Positions 37,255 through 46,860 of a stretch of 64,000 nucleotides of DNA are shown piece after piece. A program made the position numbers and the translations under genes. The notes beneath the pieces were generated by a model. That model did no database searches and was not told the origin of the DNA. It saw only the letters and a list, made by a program, of their open reading frames with translations. Within the stretch, counting starts at the first letter, position 1. Each line of letters opens with the position of its first letter. The stretch spans positions 70,677 to 134,676 of the forward strand of contig CAISWQ010000028.1 in NCBI GenBank assembly GCA_903889245.1, in the 5' to 3' direction. Source of the DNA: an uncultured Lentisphaerota bacterium (lineage in GTDB: Bacteria > Verrucomicrobiota > Kiritimatiellia > CAIQIC01).

Positions 37255-40143
37255 ATGAAACCAAGTGACGAAAGTCTGGGCAGCAGTCCAACGCTGACGG
37301 GCAAGCGCGACCATGCCGCGGTTGAGGCGCTGGCGGCAGGCACGGTGCTGGGTAACTATCGCATCGTGCGCTTCCTCGGCGCAGGCGGAATGGGCGCGGT
37401 CTATGTGGCCGAACACATCCACCTGAAGACCCGTCACGCCCTCAAGACGATTCGCCCCGAGTTCGCCCGACGGCCGGGCTTCGAGGAGCGCTTCCTGCGC
37501 GAGGCGCGGTTGACGGCGCACCTCAAGCATCCGCATATCGTGCCTTGCTCCGACGCCGGAGTGGCCAACGGCACGCCTTATCTGGTGATGGACTACATCG
37601 AGGGCCCGGCCGGCGAGCCGCTGAACCTGCGCCAGTTGCTCGATCAGCGCCGCGAGCGCGGCGAGCTGCTCGACGAAGACGAGGCCGTGGCCGTCGGCTT
37701 GGAAATCTGCAAGGCGCTGGACTATGCCCACAGCTTCCGCGACGCCGAGATTCCCCACGGCATCATCCATCGCGACCTGAAGCCGGGCAACATCCTCCTC
37801 GACAAAGACACCAAGCTCTACATCGCCGACTTCGGGCTGGCGCGGCTGGTGGGCGAGAAGTTCGAGGAGAACGTGGTGCAGGCGCATGCGCTCTCGCGTT
37901 CGCTGGGCGAGGAGCCCACGCTGCGCGGCGGTACATCCTCGACCAGTTCCGATGCGGTCGGCACCTTCGACTACATGAGCCCGGAGCAGCGCGAAGGCCG
38001 CACCGCCGACGCGCGCAGCGATGTCTATGCGCTCGGCGCGATCCTCTATGAACTGTTGACGGGGCGTAAAGTGGTGGGCGCGCCCGCGCCGCCCAGCCGG
38101 GTGCGACTTGGCTTGAATCCCGTGTGGGACGACATCATTCTTGGTAGATGCCTCGCCTACGAACCAAATGACCGCTACCCCACCGCCGGCGAACTCGCCC
38201 GCGCCATTGAGCGCACCTGTTTCCAACCCTTGGAAAAACCGCCCCAGGCGCGCTCCCCCTCGGCTTCGCTCGGGGCAGGCAATCCTTGGGAAACCGGTAA
38301 GAAAGCGAAAATAATCGGGGCCATCGCTGCCGGCATCGCAGGTGTGCTGGTTGTGGGGAGCATGGTGAAGTGGCTTGCCAGCTCCGAACAAAAGCCAGTT
38401 CCGCCTGAACAGAAGTTGGCGAAGGAAGTGACAACAAACACATCCGCAAGCGTAGGGACACCACAATCCAAGCCGTTTGCGGACATTTTGGATAGCCCGA
38501 CGCACCCGCCCACAGTCATGGTGATGCCGTCACCCGCCAAAGAGAAGACGCCGGAGAGAAAAACCCCGCCTGTTCACCCCTCTTTGGATATGCCTTTCGA
38601 GAACAGCTTGGGCATGCAGTTTGTGCCTGTTACCGGGACGAAGGTGCTGTTTTGTAAATGGGAGACGCGGGTGCAGGACTTCGAAGCGTTTGTGAAGGCG
38701 ACTGGCTATGACGCGACCGAGGACATGTATTCACTTCGCAATGCTGTTTTTGAGAGACACGGAGACATGTGGAAAACCCCGGGCTTTGACCAAAGTCCGC
38801 TGCATCCTGTCTGTGGGGTTAATTGGGATGATGCGCAAGCATTTTGCAATTGGTTGACAGAAAAGGAAAGGAACGATGGAAGAATTCTATCGAACCAAAT
38901 CTATCGGTTACCGACAGATTTGGAATGGAGTGCAGCGGTGGGGTTACCTTCTGAAAACGGGGCCTCTCCAAAATATAGGAATGGGATGATTAAAGATGTG
39001 TATCCATGGGGTGATACATGGCCGCCGCCACACGGAGCCGGAAATCTAGCGGGAGAAGAATTGCGTGGCAATGATTGGTTTCCAGACCTTGGATTGATCG
39101 CGGGTTATAATGATGGATATCAACGAACCGCACCGGTAGGTAGTTTCAAAGCTAATCAATATGGATTGTTCGATATGTCGGGCAACTTGTGGGAGTGGTG
39201 CGAGGATTGGCTTGATGATGGGCAGACGAATCGGGTCTTACGCGGCGGTTCTGCGCTCGTTAATACCCCCAAGTTTCTCATGTCATCATTCCGCTATGAT
39301 ATAGGTCAGCCCCAGTTCCGGATTGCCGAAATAGGTTTCCGGGTGGTGTTGGGGCTGTCCTTCCAAGCTGAAGTTGACTTGGCCCAAACCAAACCTGTAA
39401 CTACCCGTTTTATAGTTGAGCGTACAGTTGGCGAAGTGTTCACGGTGGATTTGGGCGGCGGTGTGAAGATGGAGTTCGCCTGGATTCCGCCGGGCGAATT
39501 CCTGATGGGCAGCCTAGGAAGTGAAACCAGTCGGAGCGATGATGAGACACAACATCGCGTGACACTTAGCAAAGGCTTCTGGATGGGAAAGACGGAGGTG
39601 ACGCAAGCGCAATGGGAACGAGTGATGGGCAGCAATCCCTCTTATTTCAAAGGTGCCAACCTGCCGGTGGAGACCGTGAGGTGGAACGACTGCCAGGAGT
39701 TTATTGGGAAGATAAATGTGAAATGTGAAATAGGAAATTGGAAAGCGAGTCTGCCGACGGAGGCGCAATGGGAATATGCCTGCCGGGCGGGGACAAAGAC
39801 GCGTTTCAACACGGGCGACACAGAGGCCGACTTGACGCGCGCGGGTTGGTATGGCAGCAACAGTGACCATAAAACACACTCGGTGGGCGAGAAGGAGGCG
39901 AACACATGGGGCTTGTTGGATATGCACGGAAATGTCTGGGAATGGTGCCAAGACTGGTTCGGGAAGTATGAGAGTGGCATGGCGCGCGATCCCACCGGGC
40001 CAAGTTCTGGGTCGAACCGGGTTTTGCGGGGCGGTTCGTGGTACTGCAGTTCCGGGTACTGCCGGTCAGCGTACCGCTACAGGTTCGAGCCCGGCGATCG
40101 GGACAACGACATCGGCCTGCGGGTGGTGTTGCTGCCGCGCTGA
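37255..40143 (+). CDS. Ser/Thr protein kinase - TM - two FGE-sulfatase domains; the C-terminal unit retains the FGE catalytic Cys pair
   Basis: Kinase motifs are present. The C-terminal RVLRGGSWYCSSGYCRSAYRYRF matches the FGE active-site C-x4-C...YRYR signature (human FGE CHRSYCYRYR). Confidence 0.9.
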   Translation: MKPSDESLGSSPTLTGKRDHAAVEALAAGTVLGNYRIVRFLGAGGMGAVYVAEHIHLKTRHALKTIRPEFARRPGFEERFLREARLTAHLKHPHIVPCSDAGVANGTPYLVMDYIEGPAGEPLNLRQLLDQRRERGELLDEDEAVAVGLEICKALDYAHSFRDAEIPHGIIHRDLKPGNILLDKDTKLYIADFGLARLVGEKFEENVVQAHALSRSLGEEPTLRGGTSSTSSDAVGTFDYMSPEQREGRTADARSDVYALGAILYELLTGRKVVGAPAPPSRVRLGLNPVWDDIILGRCLAYEPNDRYPTAGELARAIERTCFQPLEKPPQARSPSASLGAGNPWETGKKAKIIGAIAAGIAGVLVVGSMVKWLASSEQKPVPPEQKLAKEVTTNTSASVGTPQSKPFADILDSPTHPPTVMVMPSPAKEKTPERKTPPVHPSLDMPFENSLGMQFVPVTGTKVLFCKWETRVQDFEAFVKATGYDATEDMYSLRNAVFERHGDMWKTPGFDQSPLHPVCGVNWDDAQAFCNWLTEKERNDGRILSNQIYRLPTDLEWSAAVGLPSENGASPKYRNGMIKDVYPWGDTWPPPHGAGNLAGEELRGNDWFPDLGLIAGYNDGYQRTAPVGSFKANQYGLFDMSGNLWEWCEDWLDDGQTNRVLRGGSALVNTPKFLMSSFRYDIGQPQFRIAEIGFRVVLGLSFQAEVDLAQTKPVTTRFIVERTVGEVFTVDLGGGVKMEFAWIPPGEFLMGSLGSETSRSDDETQHRVTLSKGFWMGKTEVTQAQWERVMGSNPSYFKGANLPVETVRWNDCQEFIGKINVKCEIGNWKASLPTEAQWEYACRAGTKTRFNTGDTEADLTRAGWYGSNSDHKTHSVGEKEANTWGLLDMHGNVWEWCQDWFGKYESGMARDPTGPSSGSNRVLRGGSWYCSSGYCRSAYRYRFEPGDRDNDIGLRVVLLPR

Positions 40144-40214
40144 GGGCTTTGTTTACTCTTTTCCCTTTTACCCGCCGCGCGGAGCGCGGCGGCTGCGGCC
40201 AGAAAATGAAGGGC

Positions 40215-40380
40215 AGAAAGATGGTGGACAGAAAAAGCAGAAGAAACGAACAGCGAAGGCGGGAAGGCGCGAAGCCATTCCTTTCTTCGCTTCCTCCCGT
40301 CTTCGCTGTTTTCCGGCGGACGCGACGGAGCGCGTCCCTCCACGCGCGCCTTTGGGAGGGCCACGCTCCGTCGTGGCCGC
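40215..40380. repeat. MITE-like repeat copy (long form: module + hairpin A 40318..40337 + hairpin B 40359..40378)
   Basis: Sequence identity. Confidence 0.8.
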
Positions 40381-40384
40381 TCTG

Positions 40385-40464
40385 GCTTTCCGTCCTTGGC
40401 GCGCTTGGCGTCTTGGCGGTTGTCCTTCGGTCGGGAACGATAGGAATGCAATGGTGGCGCCATG
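40385..40464 (+). promoter_or_regulatory. Conserved kinase 5' leader copy (GGTGGCGCCATG start-codon palindrome)
   Basis: See 12300..12385; cgataggaatgcaatggtggcgccatgaaaccatttgag. Confidence 0.6.
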
Positions 40465-43275
40465 AAACCATTTGAGGACAGCCTGGGCAGCAGCCCGACG
40501 CTGACGGGCGCGCTGGCCAAAGCCACCGCGACGCTGGTGGCAGGCACGGTGCTGGGCAATTACCGGATTGTGCGGCTGCTGGGCGCGGGCGGGATGGGCG
40601 CGGTCTATCTGGCCGAGCACATCCAGCTCCAGACGCGGCACGCGCTCAAGACCATCCGGCCGGAGTTTGCCAAGCAGCAGAATTTCGCCGAGCGCTTCCA
40701 GCGCGAGGCCAAGCTGGCGACGCGGCTCAAGCATCCGCACATCGTCGCCTGCACGGAGACCGGCGTCGCCAATGGCACGCCCTATCTGGTGATGGATTAC
40801 ATCGAAGGTCCGGCCGGCGAGCCGTTGAACCTGCGCCAGTTGCTCGACCAGCGTCGCGAGCGTGGTGAACTGCTCGACGAGGACGAGGCCGCCGCCGTCG
40901 GCTTGGAAATCTGCAAAGCGCTGGACTATGCCCACAGCTACCGCGACGCCGAGATCCCCAATGGCATCATCCACCGCGACCTGAAGCCCGCCAACATCCT
41001 GCTCGACAAGGACACGAAGCTCTACATCGCCGACTTCGGGCTGGCCCGCTTGCTCGGCGAGAAATTCGAGGAGAGCGTGCAGGCCTATGCGCTCTCCAAG
41101 TCGCTGGGCGAACAGGCGACGCTCGGCAAGCAGGTCTCGGTCAGCGCCGACACGGTCGGCACCTTCGACTACATGAGCCCGGAGCAGCGCGAAGGCCGCA
41201 CCGCCGACGCGCGCAGTGACGTCTTCGCAATGGGCGTGATCCTCTACGAACTGCTGACCGGGCGCAAAGTGGTGGGCGTGCCTGCACCTCCTGGCGTGGT
41301 ACGGCCGGGGCTCTCCTCGAAGTGGGAAGAGATAATACTGGAGCGGGCGCTCGCCTATGAACCCGGTGAGCGTTTTGCCACGGCCGGAGATTTCTGCCGC
41401 GCCATCGAGGGCGTCCCGCTCAAGCCGGTGGCAACACCTCCACCGCTGGAGGCAAAACCAGTCCCTCCACCGCCCCCTCAACCGCCAGCACCAAAGCAGG
41501 AGGAACCCGTCGCCCCGCCCCCACCTCCCGAAACACCTCCGCAACCCGATTCAGAACAGGCCCAGGAGTCTGTTGTTGAAAAATTCGGGGAACCAGACCC
41601 GCGGACCACAGCCAAAGTCATGGCTGTTATTACTGTTTTGGTGGTCGCTGGCCTGGCATGGGTGATATCAAAGTGGCCATCTTCACCCACCGGCGCACAG
41701 CCAAACTGGGCAACGAGAATGGCCACATCATCTATTCCGGTAAGCGTGAACACCCCGACGCCGCAACCATTGGTAACAAATCCCGTGATCGCGCCACCTG
41801 TGACGTCAACTGCGCCCGACTTGGAGAGTCTGCGGCGCGGTTTGGTCTTGTACTTCAGCTTCGACAACATCCAAGGGGATCAGGTTCTTGACGACAGCGG
41901 CCTCGGCAGCCACGGCACCCGCAAGAGTACTACCGTGACATCCGGCATCGCCGGAAGCGCCCTTGACTTCTTCAACGATGACGCCGTCGTCACGGTTCCC
42001 AATCACCCTTCGCTGAACCTGGAGAAAGCTTTGACTCTGTCTGCATGGGTTCGGGGCGGGCCCAATCAATCAAAGGGTTATCCGCGTATCATTGATAAAT
42101 TCATCTGGACGGGTCAACAAGGTTACGCGTTGAAGATCTTGACCGAGAGCGGCAGAGGTAGATTGGCTCTGTTCCCAACGGGTGACCAGTCCTACCGGGT
42201 CTTTAACGCGGATAGCCTGAACGAGGCCCTACTGGACGACCAGTGGCGCCATCTCACCGGTACATTCGATGGCTCGGAACTTCGATGCTATGTAGACGGT
42301 GTTTTAAGCGGAACGACCTACTGTGAGAGTCAGATTGTGACCGCCGACAAGGAATTGACTATCGGGAATGGCTTTGATGGTGCTGCATGGCTTCCATTCA
42401 AGGGTTCGATTGACGAGGTGGCCATCTTCAACCGCGCGCTTTCGGGCGATGAGGTTAAGCAGCTTCATGACCTCGGCAAGCGCGGACAGAGCTTGAGCAA
42501 GCCGGGCGCGCCGCCGACCCGTGATCCGGCTACCTCATTACAACCGGCTGTGCCGTCATCACCGGCGGTTACGATGCCGCCGGAAATTCAGGACTTGTTC
42601 ACACCGGCCGTTACATCTTTACCGGCAGATGAGCGACTAACCCGCGTCCTGGCCAAAATGAGGGAATTAAATCCTGCGTTCCGAGGCAACGTTAAATCCA
42701 ATCAAGTTAAATCCGGGTTGAAGAAAATAGCGTTTGAGAAGGGCGCGGTCATCACCAACCTTTGGCCCTTGCGTTCCTTGGCGGCCACCCTGACGGAACT
42801 ACACTGCCGAAGCAAAAGCCTCGAAGACCTCACGCCACTCAAGGGTATGCAGCTGACTCACTTGGATTGCGCCGATAGTCAGGTAAGCGATCTCTCCCCT
42901 CTGCGGAGTATGAAGAGCCTGCGTACCATCAATTGTTGCGGCACACGCATCCATGATCTGTCTCCACTGGAGGGGTTACCCTTGCGATGGCTGGGGATGA
43001 ACGGGACCAGGGTTGCTGATCTCACTCCGCTTACTGGGATGCCATTGGAATTTCTTGGGTTCCCTCGAACGGCAGTTACCGATTTGTCTGTGCTGAAAAC
43101 TCTGCCCAAGCTGCGCAAAGTGAAGTGTGACTTCAAGGCTGATCGCGATGCAGGCATCCTGCGCTCAATCAAGACGCTGGAAGAAATCAACGGTATGCCA
43201 GTCAAGGAGTTCTGGACGCATGTTAATGCCGGTGAATCGCCACAGGCCAAACCAGATGAAGATGATAGAATCTAA
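40462..43275 (+). CDS. Ser/Thr protein kinase - TM - LamG/concanavalin-like domain - C-terminal leucine-rich repeats
   Basis: The kinase head is near-identical to 6707 and 12383. The LamG-like block is LVLYFSFDN...ALTLSAWVRGG...LTIGNGFDG. LRR units LxxLxxLxxLxL occur in LTELHCRSKSLEDLTPLKGMQLTHLDCADSQVSDLSPL.... Confidence 0.85.
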   Translation: MKPFEDSLGSSPTLTGALAKATATLVAGTVLGNYRIVRLLGAGGMGAVYLAEHIQLQTRHALKTIRPEFAKQQNFAERFQREAKLATRLKHPHIVACTETGVANGTPYLVMDYIEGPAGEPLNLRQLLDQRRERGELLDEDEAAAVGLEICKALDYAHSYRDAEIPNGIIHRDLKPANILLDKDTKLYIADFGLARLLGEKFEESVQAYALSKSLGEQATLGKQVSVSADTVGTFDYMSPEQREGRTADARSDVFAMGVILYELLTGRKVVGVPAPPGVVRPGLSSKWEEIILERALAYEPGERFATAGDFCRAIEGVPLKPVATPPPLEAKPVPPPPPQPPAPKQEEPVAPPPPPETPPQPDSEQAQESVVEKFGEPDPRTTAKVMAVITVLVVAGLAWVISKWPSSPTGAQPNWATRMATSSIPVSVNTPTPQPLVTNPVIAPPVTSTAPDLESLRRGLVLYFSFDNIQGDQVLDDSGLGSHGTRKSTTVTSGIAGSALDFFNDDAVVTVPNHPSLNLEKALTLSAWVRGGPNQSKGYPRIIDKFIWTGQQGYALKILTESGRGRLALFPTGDQSYRVFNADSLNEALLDDQWRHLTGTFDGSELRCYVDGVLSGTTYCESQIVTADKELTIGNGFDGAAWLPFKGSIDEVAIFNRALSGDEVKQLHDLGKRGQSLSKPGAPPTRDPATSLQPAVPSSPAVTMPPEIQDLFTPAVTSLPADERLTRVLAKMRELNPAFRGNVKSNQVKSGLKKIAFEKGAVITNLWPLRSLAATLTELHCRSKSLEDLTPLKGMQLTHLDCADSQVSDLSPLRSMKSLRTINCCGTRIHDLSPLEGLPLRWLGMNGTRVADLTPLTGMPLEFLGFPRTAVTDLSVLKTLPKLRKVKCDFKADRDAGILRSIKTLEEINGMPVKEFWTHVNAGESPQAKPDEDDRI

Positions 43276-43308
43276 AGCGAGATCAACGACTGATGTTGCG
43301 ACAGGAAC

Positions 43309-44211
43309 ATGACCATGAAAACCGATGACGCCATGTGTTGCATCTGCGGGCGGGAGCTGCCGAACCGGTATGCGGCGGGGCCGTTGCAGCGGTGTGGCGC
43401 GCCGGACTGCGAGGCGCGGTTCTGCGACCTGCATTGGCAGCGGAGTAATCAGCGCTGTCCACGGCATGGCTATCAAGCGAAGGAGCCGACGAGCGCAAAG
43501 CCGGCATTTGCCTCGGCCACCAAGTTCGGCAACACGGAGCAAGCGGCGCGTGTGAATCCACAGCCGGAGCAGCCCAAGATTTCGCTGCTGCGCGCGGCTC
43601 TGGCCAGGTTATGGCCGGCGTTGGTGGCGCTGTTCCGCAAGGTGAAGAAGGATCGCTCGCCGGAAGGAATGCTGCGCACCGTGGAGGCCGCGCTGGCGGC
43701 CAACACCGCGCGCCGCGAGCCGCTGGGCGCAGAGTTGGAAAAGCAATTCCACGAGATCGCCGCCAAAAAGAAACTCTACGAAGCCGCGCCCGCCGCCCGC
43801 AAGGCGGCGTTGGAGGGCGAACTCAAGTTGCTGCTCGCCGGCTATCGCGCCAGGGAGAACGAGTTCCAGCGCCTGCTCGAAAACGAAGTCACGCTGACGC
43901 AGGTCAAGGGGAGGCTCAACGAGCTCATCGCGCAGAAACTCGCCGGCGTGACCGAGGGCGACCTGGACAAGCTGACGGACGAAGTCACCGAGGCTGTGGC
44001 CTTGGCCGAAGAGCGGCAGGATGCCGCGCGCGATCTGGAGCAGGCCGGTCGCCGCCGTGAGCAGGAGAGCGCCCGCGAAGCCTTCGCCGAGGAACTCCAA
44101 GCCTTTGCCGAGTCCGCTCCATCTACCCCCACTGCCCCAGCCGCCGAACCGCCCGCCCCCGCCGTGGAGCAACCTCCGCCAACCAAAGAACCAGAACCGC
44201 CGGAGGGGTGA
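43309..44211 (+). CDS. Zinc-finger + coiled-coil protein (paralog of 49472..50164)
   Basis: N-terminus has CCICG...CGAPDCEARFCDLHW..CPRHG. The coiled coil LAANTARREPLGAELEKQFHEIAAKKKLYEAAPAARK...VTEGDLDKLTDEV aligns with the ESCRT-operon protein LAANTTKREALAAALEKQFATIAAKKKAYETAPPARK...VTEAAIDQLIDEV. Confidence 0.7.
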   Translation: MTMKTDDAMCCICGRELPNRYAAGPLQRCGAPDCEARFCDLHWQRSNQRCPRHGYQAKEPTSAKPAFASATKFGNTEQAARVNPQPEQPKISLLRAALARLWPALVALFRKVKKDRSPEGMLRTVEAALAANTARREPLGAELEKQFHEIAAKKKLYEAAPAARKAALEGELKLLLAGYRARENEFQRLLENEVTLTQVKGRLNELIAQKLAGVTEGDLDKLTDEVTEAVALAEERQDAARDLEQAGRRREQESAREAFAEELQAFAESAPSTPTAPAAEPPAPAVEQPPPTKEPEPPEG

Positions 44212-44261
44212 CACATGGAGAGCTTGAAACCAAACTCCATCCCAGACAGGAGCTATGCAAC

Positions 44262-46451
44262 ATGAATGACATCTATTTCCTCTGTCCTCATTGCCGGCAA
44301 CGCTTGGAAGCCCCGGCGGATTTGGCAGGCATGAGCATCAACTGCCCCTCGTGTGACAAGAGGATCAAAATACCCGACATGCCTGTGCAGCCATCACAGG
44401 TTTCCAATTTGAGTGGCGCCAAGACCTTGGTGGGCGCCATGCCATCGGAGCAAACCAATCTGGTCGGCCGGCTGTTCGGCAAGGACCTGGTGAAATCCAA
44501 GATTGCCGAGGGCGGGATGGGCTCGGTCTGGCTGACCGAGCACACAGAACTGAAGGTGGCCCGCGCCCTCAAGACCATGCCGGAAGGATTTGGTTCCCAG
44601 CCGGAACTGGTGCAACGCTTTCAGCAAGAGGCCAAGATTCTGGCCCATCTGCATCACGCCAACATCGCCCAGATCTATGACTTCGGTTGCGAGGAAGGCG
44701 TCTATTACTTCATCATGGAATATCTGCCCAATGGCAGCTTACGCTCCCGGCTGCGTCCCGCCGGGACACGGTTGCCTTGGAGAAATGCCCTGAAGATTTT
44801 GGACGAAGTCTGCGCCGGCTTGGAGTACGCCCACGGCAAAGGCATTGTCCATCGCGACATCAAACCCGAGAACATCCTGCTTGATGAGCAAGGCCATCCG
44901 AAGATTGCCGATTTTGGTCTGGGGAAGATCTTGCACGACGTTGTGCGGAGCCAATCCGGCTCACTCATCATGGGCCAGCAGGCCGTGGTCAAAGATGTGA
45001 ATTTGAGTGCGCTGCCCACCCTGCGCCCGGGCTCGCCGCCACCGCTCAAGCCGGGAGGTTCATCCGCTCCCGCCAACATGACCATGATGGGACAGGTCGT
45101 CGGCACAATGGACTACATGAGTCCCGAACAACGCCGGGGTGCGGAAGTTACACCGCAGAGCGACATCTATTCGCTGGGTGTCACTTTCTACGAGATGTTG
45201 ACGGGCGAGTTGCCGTCGGGGATGGACATGCCCAGCGAACGCGGCTGTGACTGCCCGCCGGGCGTGGACGCGCTCGTCAAACGGATGCTCGCACCACCAG
45301 ACAGACGCTTCCGTTCGGCACATGAGGTCCGCGAGGCCATCGCTTTGGCAGATCGTCAGCCAGCCGCACCGCCACTCCCGAAGGAATCCGGGAGTGGGTG
45401 GAAGATTCTTGCAGGATTTCTGATTGGTTTTCTCATCGTGGCTCTTATCGGGATTGGTTTTGCCCTCTATCAACGTTCAGTGCGGAAAGGCTCGACTACG
45501 GGGCCAGAAGCAGATGCCGCTAGCAAGGGAAGCTCAAGGGCGATAGCGGGGCGCGACAGCGTTAAGCGAGAACGTTACACGGCACTCCTCTCCCAAGCCA
45601 AACTCGCAGAGGCCGACCGGCAATGGCAAACCGCGGTGAATGCCTACGAGGCGGCGATCGCACTGTTCGACGAACCGGAAGCTCGTTCCGGCCTCTCCCG
45701 CGTCGCGAACACGCGGGACATGGAACAGGTGGCCGCCCGCAAGAGTGCGGATTATAGCCGTCTTCTCGCGGATGCAGAGCAGGCGGAAAGGAATGGCGAC
45801 CTCTTGACTGCACAGAAAGCATACGAGCGTGCCGCCGCAGCCGCGCCTACGGAACAAGATCGTTTGCAAGCAGAGACAAAGGCCCGGAAAGCTAGCGACA
45901 GCATTGCTAATCAGAAAAAGAAGGCCGTCTTTGATAGCCTCGTACAACAAGCCAGAGACGCCGAGAGCAAGAAAGACTGGCAGGGGGCCGTGGACATCTA
46001 CATGAAGGCCGCGGCGGCGGCACCCGACGAAACCTTGGCGACACAGGTACGTGCCCGCGAAAGCCAACTTGTGGCCTTCATAACAAGCCAAGCCCAGATA
46101 AAGAAGCAGGTGAATCAAACCATGACACTTTGTTATATTATCTGGTCTAGCAAAATTGAAAGGCGCTATCCAGCATCTGATCAGCTTGTTGACGGTACGG
46201 GGAATGTACTTGGGGATATAAGTTTCGAGCTATATCAAGATGATAATTCGGATTGGCACGTAGGTTTATTTTTGAAAAAAGGAAAAAACAAAACAAGGAT
46301 ATGTGATTTTGAACCCGGCGATGTAATTGGACAAACTAGAACGGGCCAAGTAGAAGGGGTATCCTTTTCTTGTAGGGTGATTGAGATTAATCGTATGGGA
46401 TCCTCAACACTCATTGAGAAGCTAACTGTTCAGGTTACGATTAGGCGGTGA
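44262..46451 (+). CDS. Ser/Thr protein kinase with N-terminal zinc ribbon, TM segment, TPR-like region and novel C-terminal domain
   Basis: N-terminus has CPHCRQ...CPSCDKR. Kinase motifs AEGGMGSVW, ARALKTM, HRDIKPENILL, DFGLGK and MSPEQRRG. An AGGAG ribosome-binding site lies upstream of the ATG at 44262; the track ORF uses a GTG at 44208. Confidence 0.85.
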   Translation: MNDIYFLCPHCRQRLEAPADLAGMSINCPSCDKRIKIPDMPVQPSQVSNLSGAKTLVGAMPSEQTNLVGRLFGKDLVKSKIAEGGMGSVWLTEHTELKVARALKTMPEGFGSQPELVQRFQQEAKILAHLHHANIAQIYDFGCEEGVYYFIMEYLPNGSLRSRLRPAGTRLPWRNALKILDEVCAGLEYAHGKGIVHRDIKPENILLDEQGHPKIADFGLGKILHDVVRSQSGSLIMGQQAVVKDVNLSALPTLRPGSPPPLKPGGSSAPANMTMMGQVVGTMDYMSPEQRRGAEVTPQSDIYSLGVTFYEMLTGELPSGMDMPSERGCDCPPGVDALVKRMLAPPDRRFRSAHEVREAIALADRQPAAPPLPKESGSGWKILAGFLIGFLIVALIGIGFALYQRSVRKGSTTGPEADAASKGSSRAIAGRDSVKRERYTALLSQAKLAEADRQWQTAVNAYEAAIALFDEPEARSGLSRVANTRDMEQVAARKSADYSRLLADAEQAERNGDLLTAQKAYERAAAAAPTEQDRLQAETKARKASDSIANQKKKAVFDSLVQQARDAESKKDWQGAVDIYMKAAAAAPDETLATQVRARESQLVAFITSQAQIKKQVNQTMTLCYIIWSSKIERRYPASDQLVDGTGNVLGDISFELYQDDNSDWHVGLFLKKGKNKTRICDFEPGDVIGQTRTGQVEGVSFSCRVIEINRMGSSTLIEKLTVQVTIRR

Positions 46452-46624
46452 ATTTCGATTGGTAGCACAAGGGGAGACTGGGTCAGGGCGGCGGCAGGGT
46501 CAGACCGTGAATGGTGAATAGCCGCTGAAGGCGCAGAAAGGTTGGAGTTGGGGTGAGCGGTGGGCCGCGTTCTGACGAACGCGGCTACCAATCCTTTTCT
46601 TGGCTTCCTGATTTCTCATTCAAA

Positions 46625-46742
46625 AAGTTTCCAAGGGTTGGAAAGTGGAACCCATGCATTTTCCAAGCATTGGAAAATTTTGCGTCGTTCGTTCCAAGCC
46701 CTGGAAAATTCTCCGCCGTTTTTTCCAAACCTCGGAAAACTG
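46625..46742. repeat. Array of four TTTTCCAAGnCTTGGAAAA palindromes, spacing ~31 bp
   Basis: Palindrome centres at ~46636, 46668, 46699.5 and 46730. Confidence 0.8.
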
Positions 46743-46766
46743 CACCTGCGGCAGTGGTGTAGCCCT

Positions 46767-46860
46767 CAACCGAAGCGGAGTTGGCGGAAGGTTTCGTACT
46801 GCTGCAGGAGTTTGTCGGTGCAGGAGGGAGGTTGCGGCCGAGCGCGGCGCGGGCGTCAGC
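46767..46860 (-). repeat. Degenerate direct repeat of the 3' end of the Vps4-like ATPase gene (copy of 47457..47612 with ~70-bp internal deletion)
   Basis: cagccgaagcggagttggcggaaggtttcgta(c/t)tgctg(c/g)aggagtttgtcggtgcaggagg...gcggccgagcgcggcgcg is present at both sites, flanking the relE-phd cassette. Confidence 0.75.
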
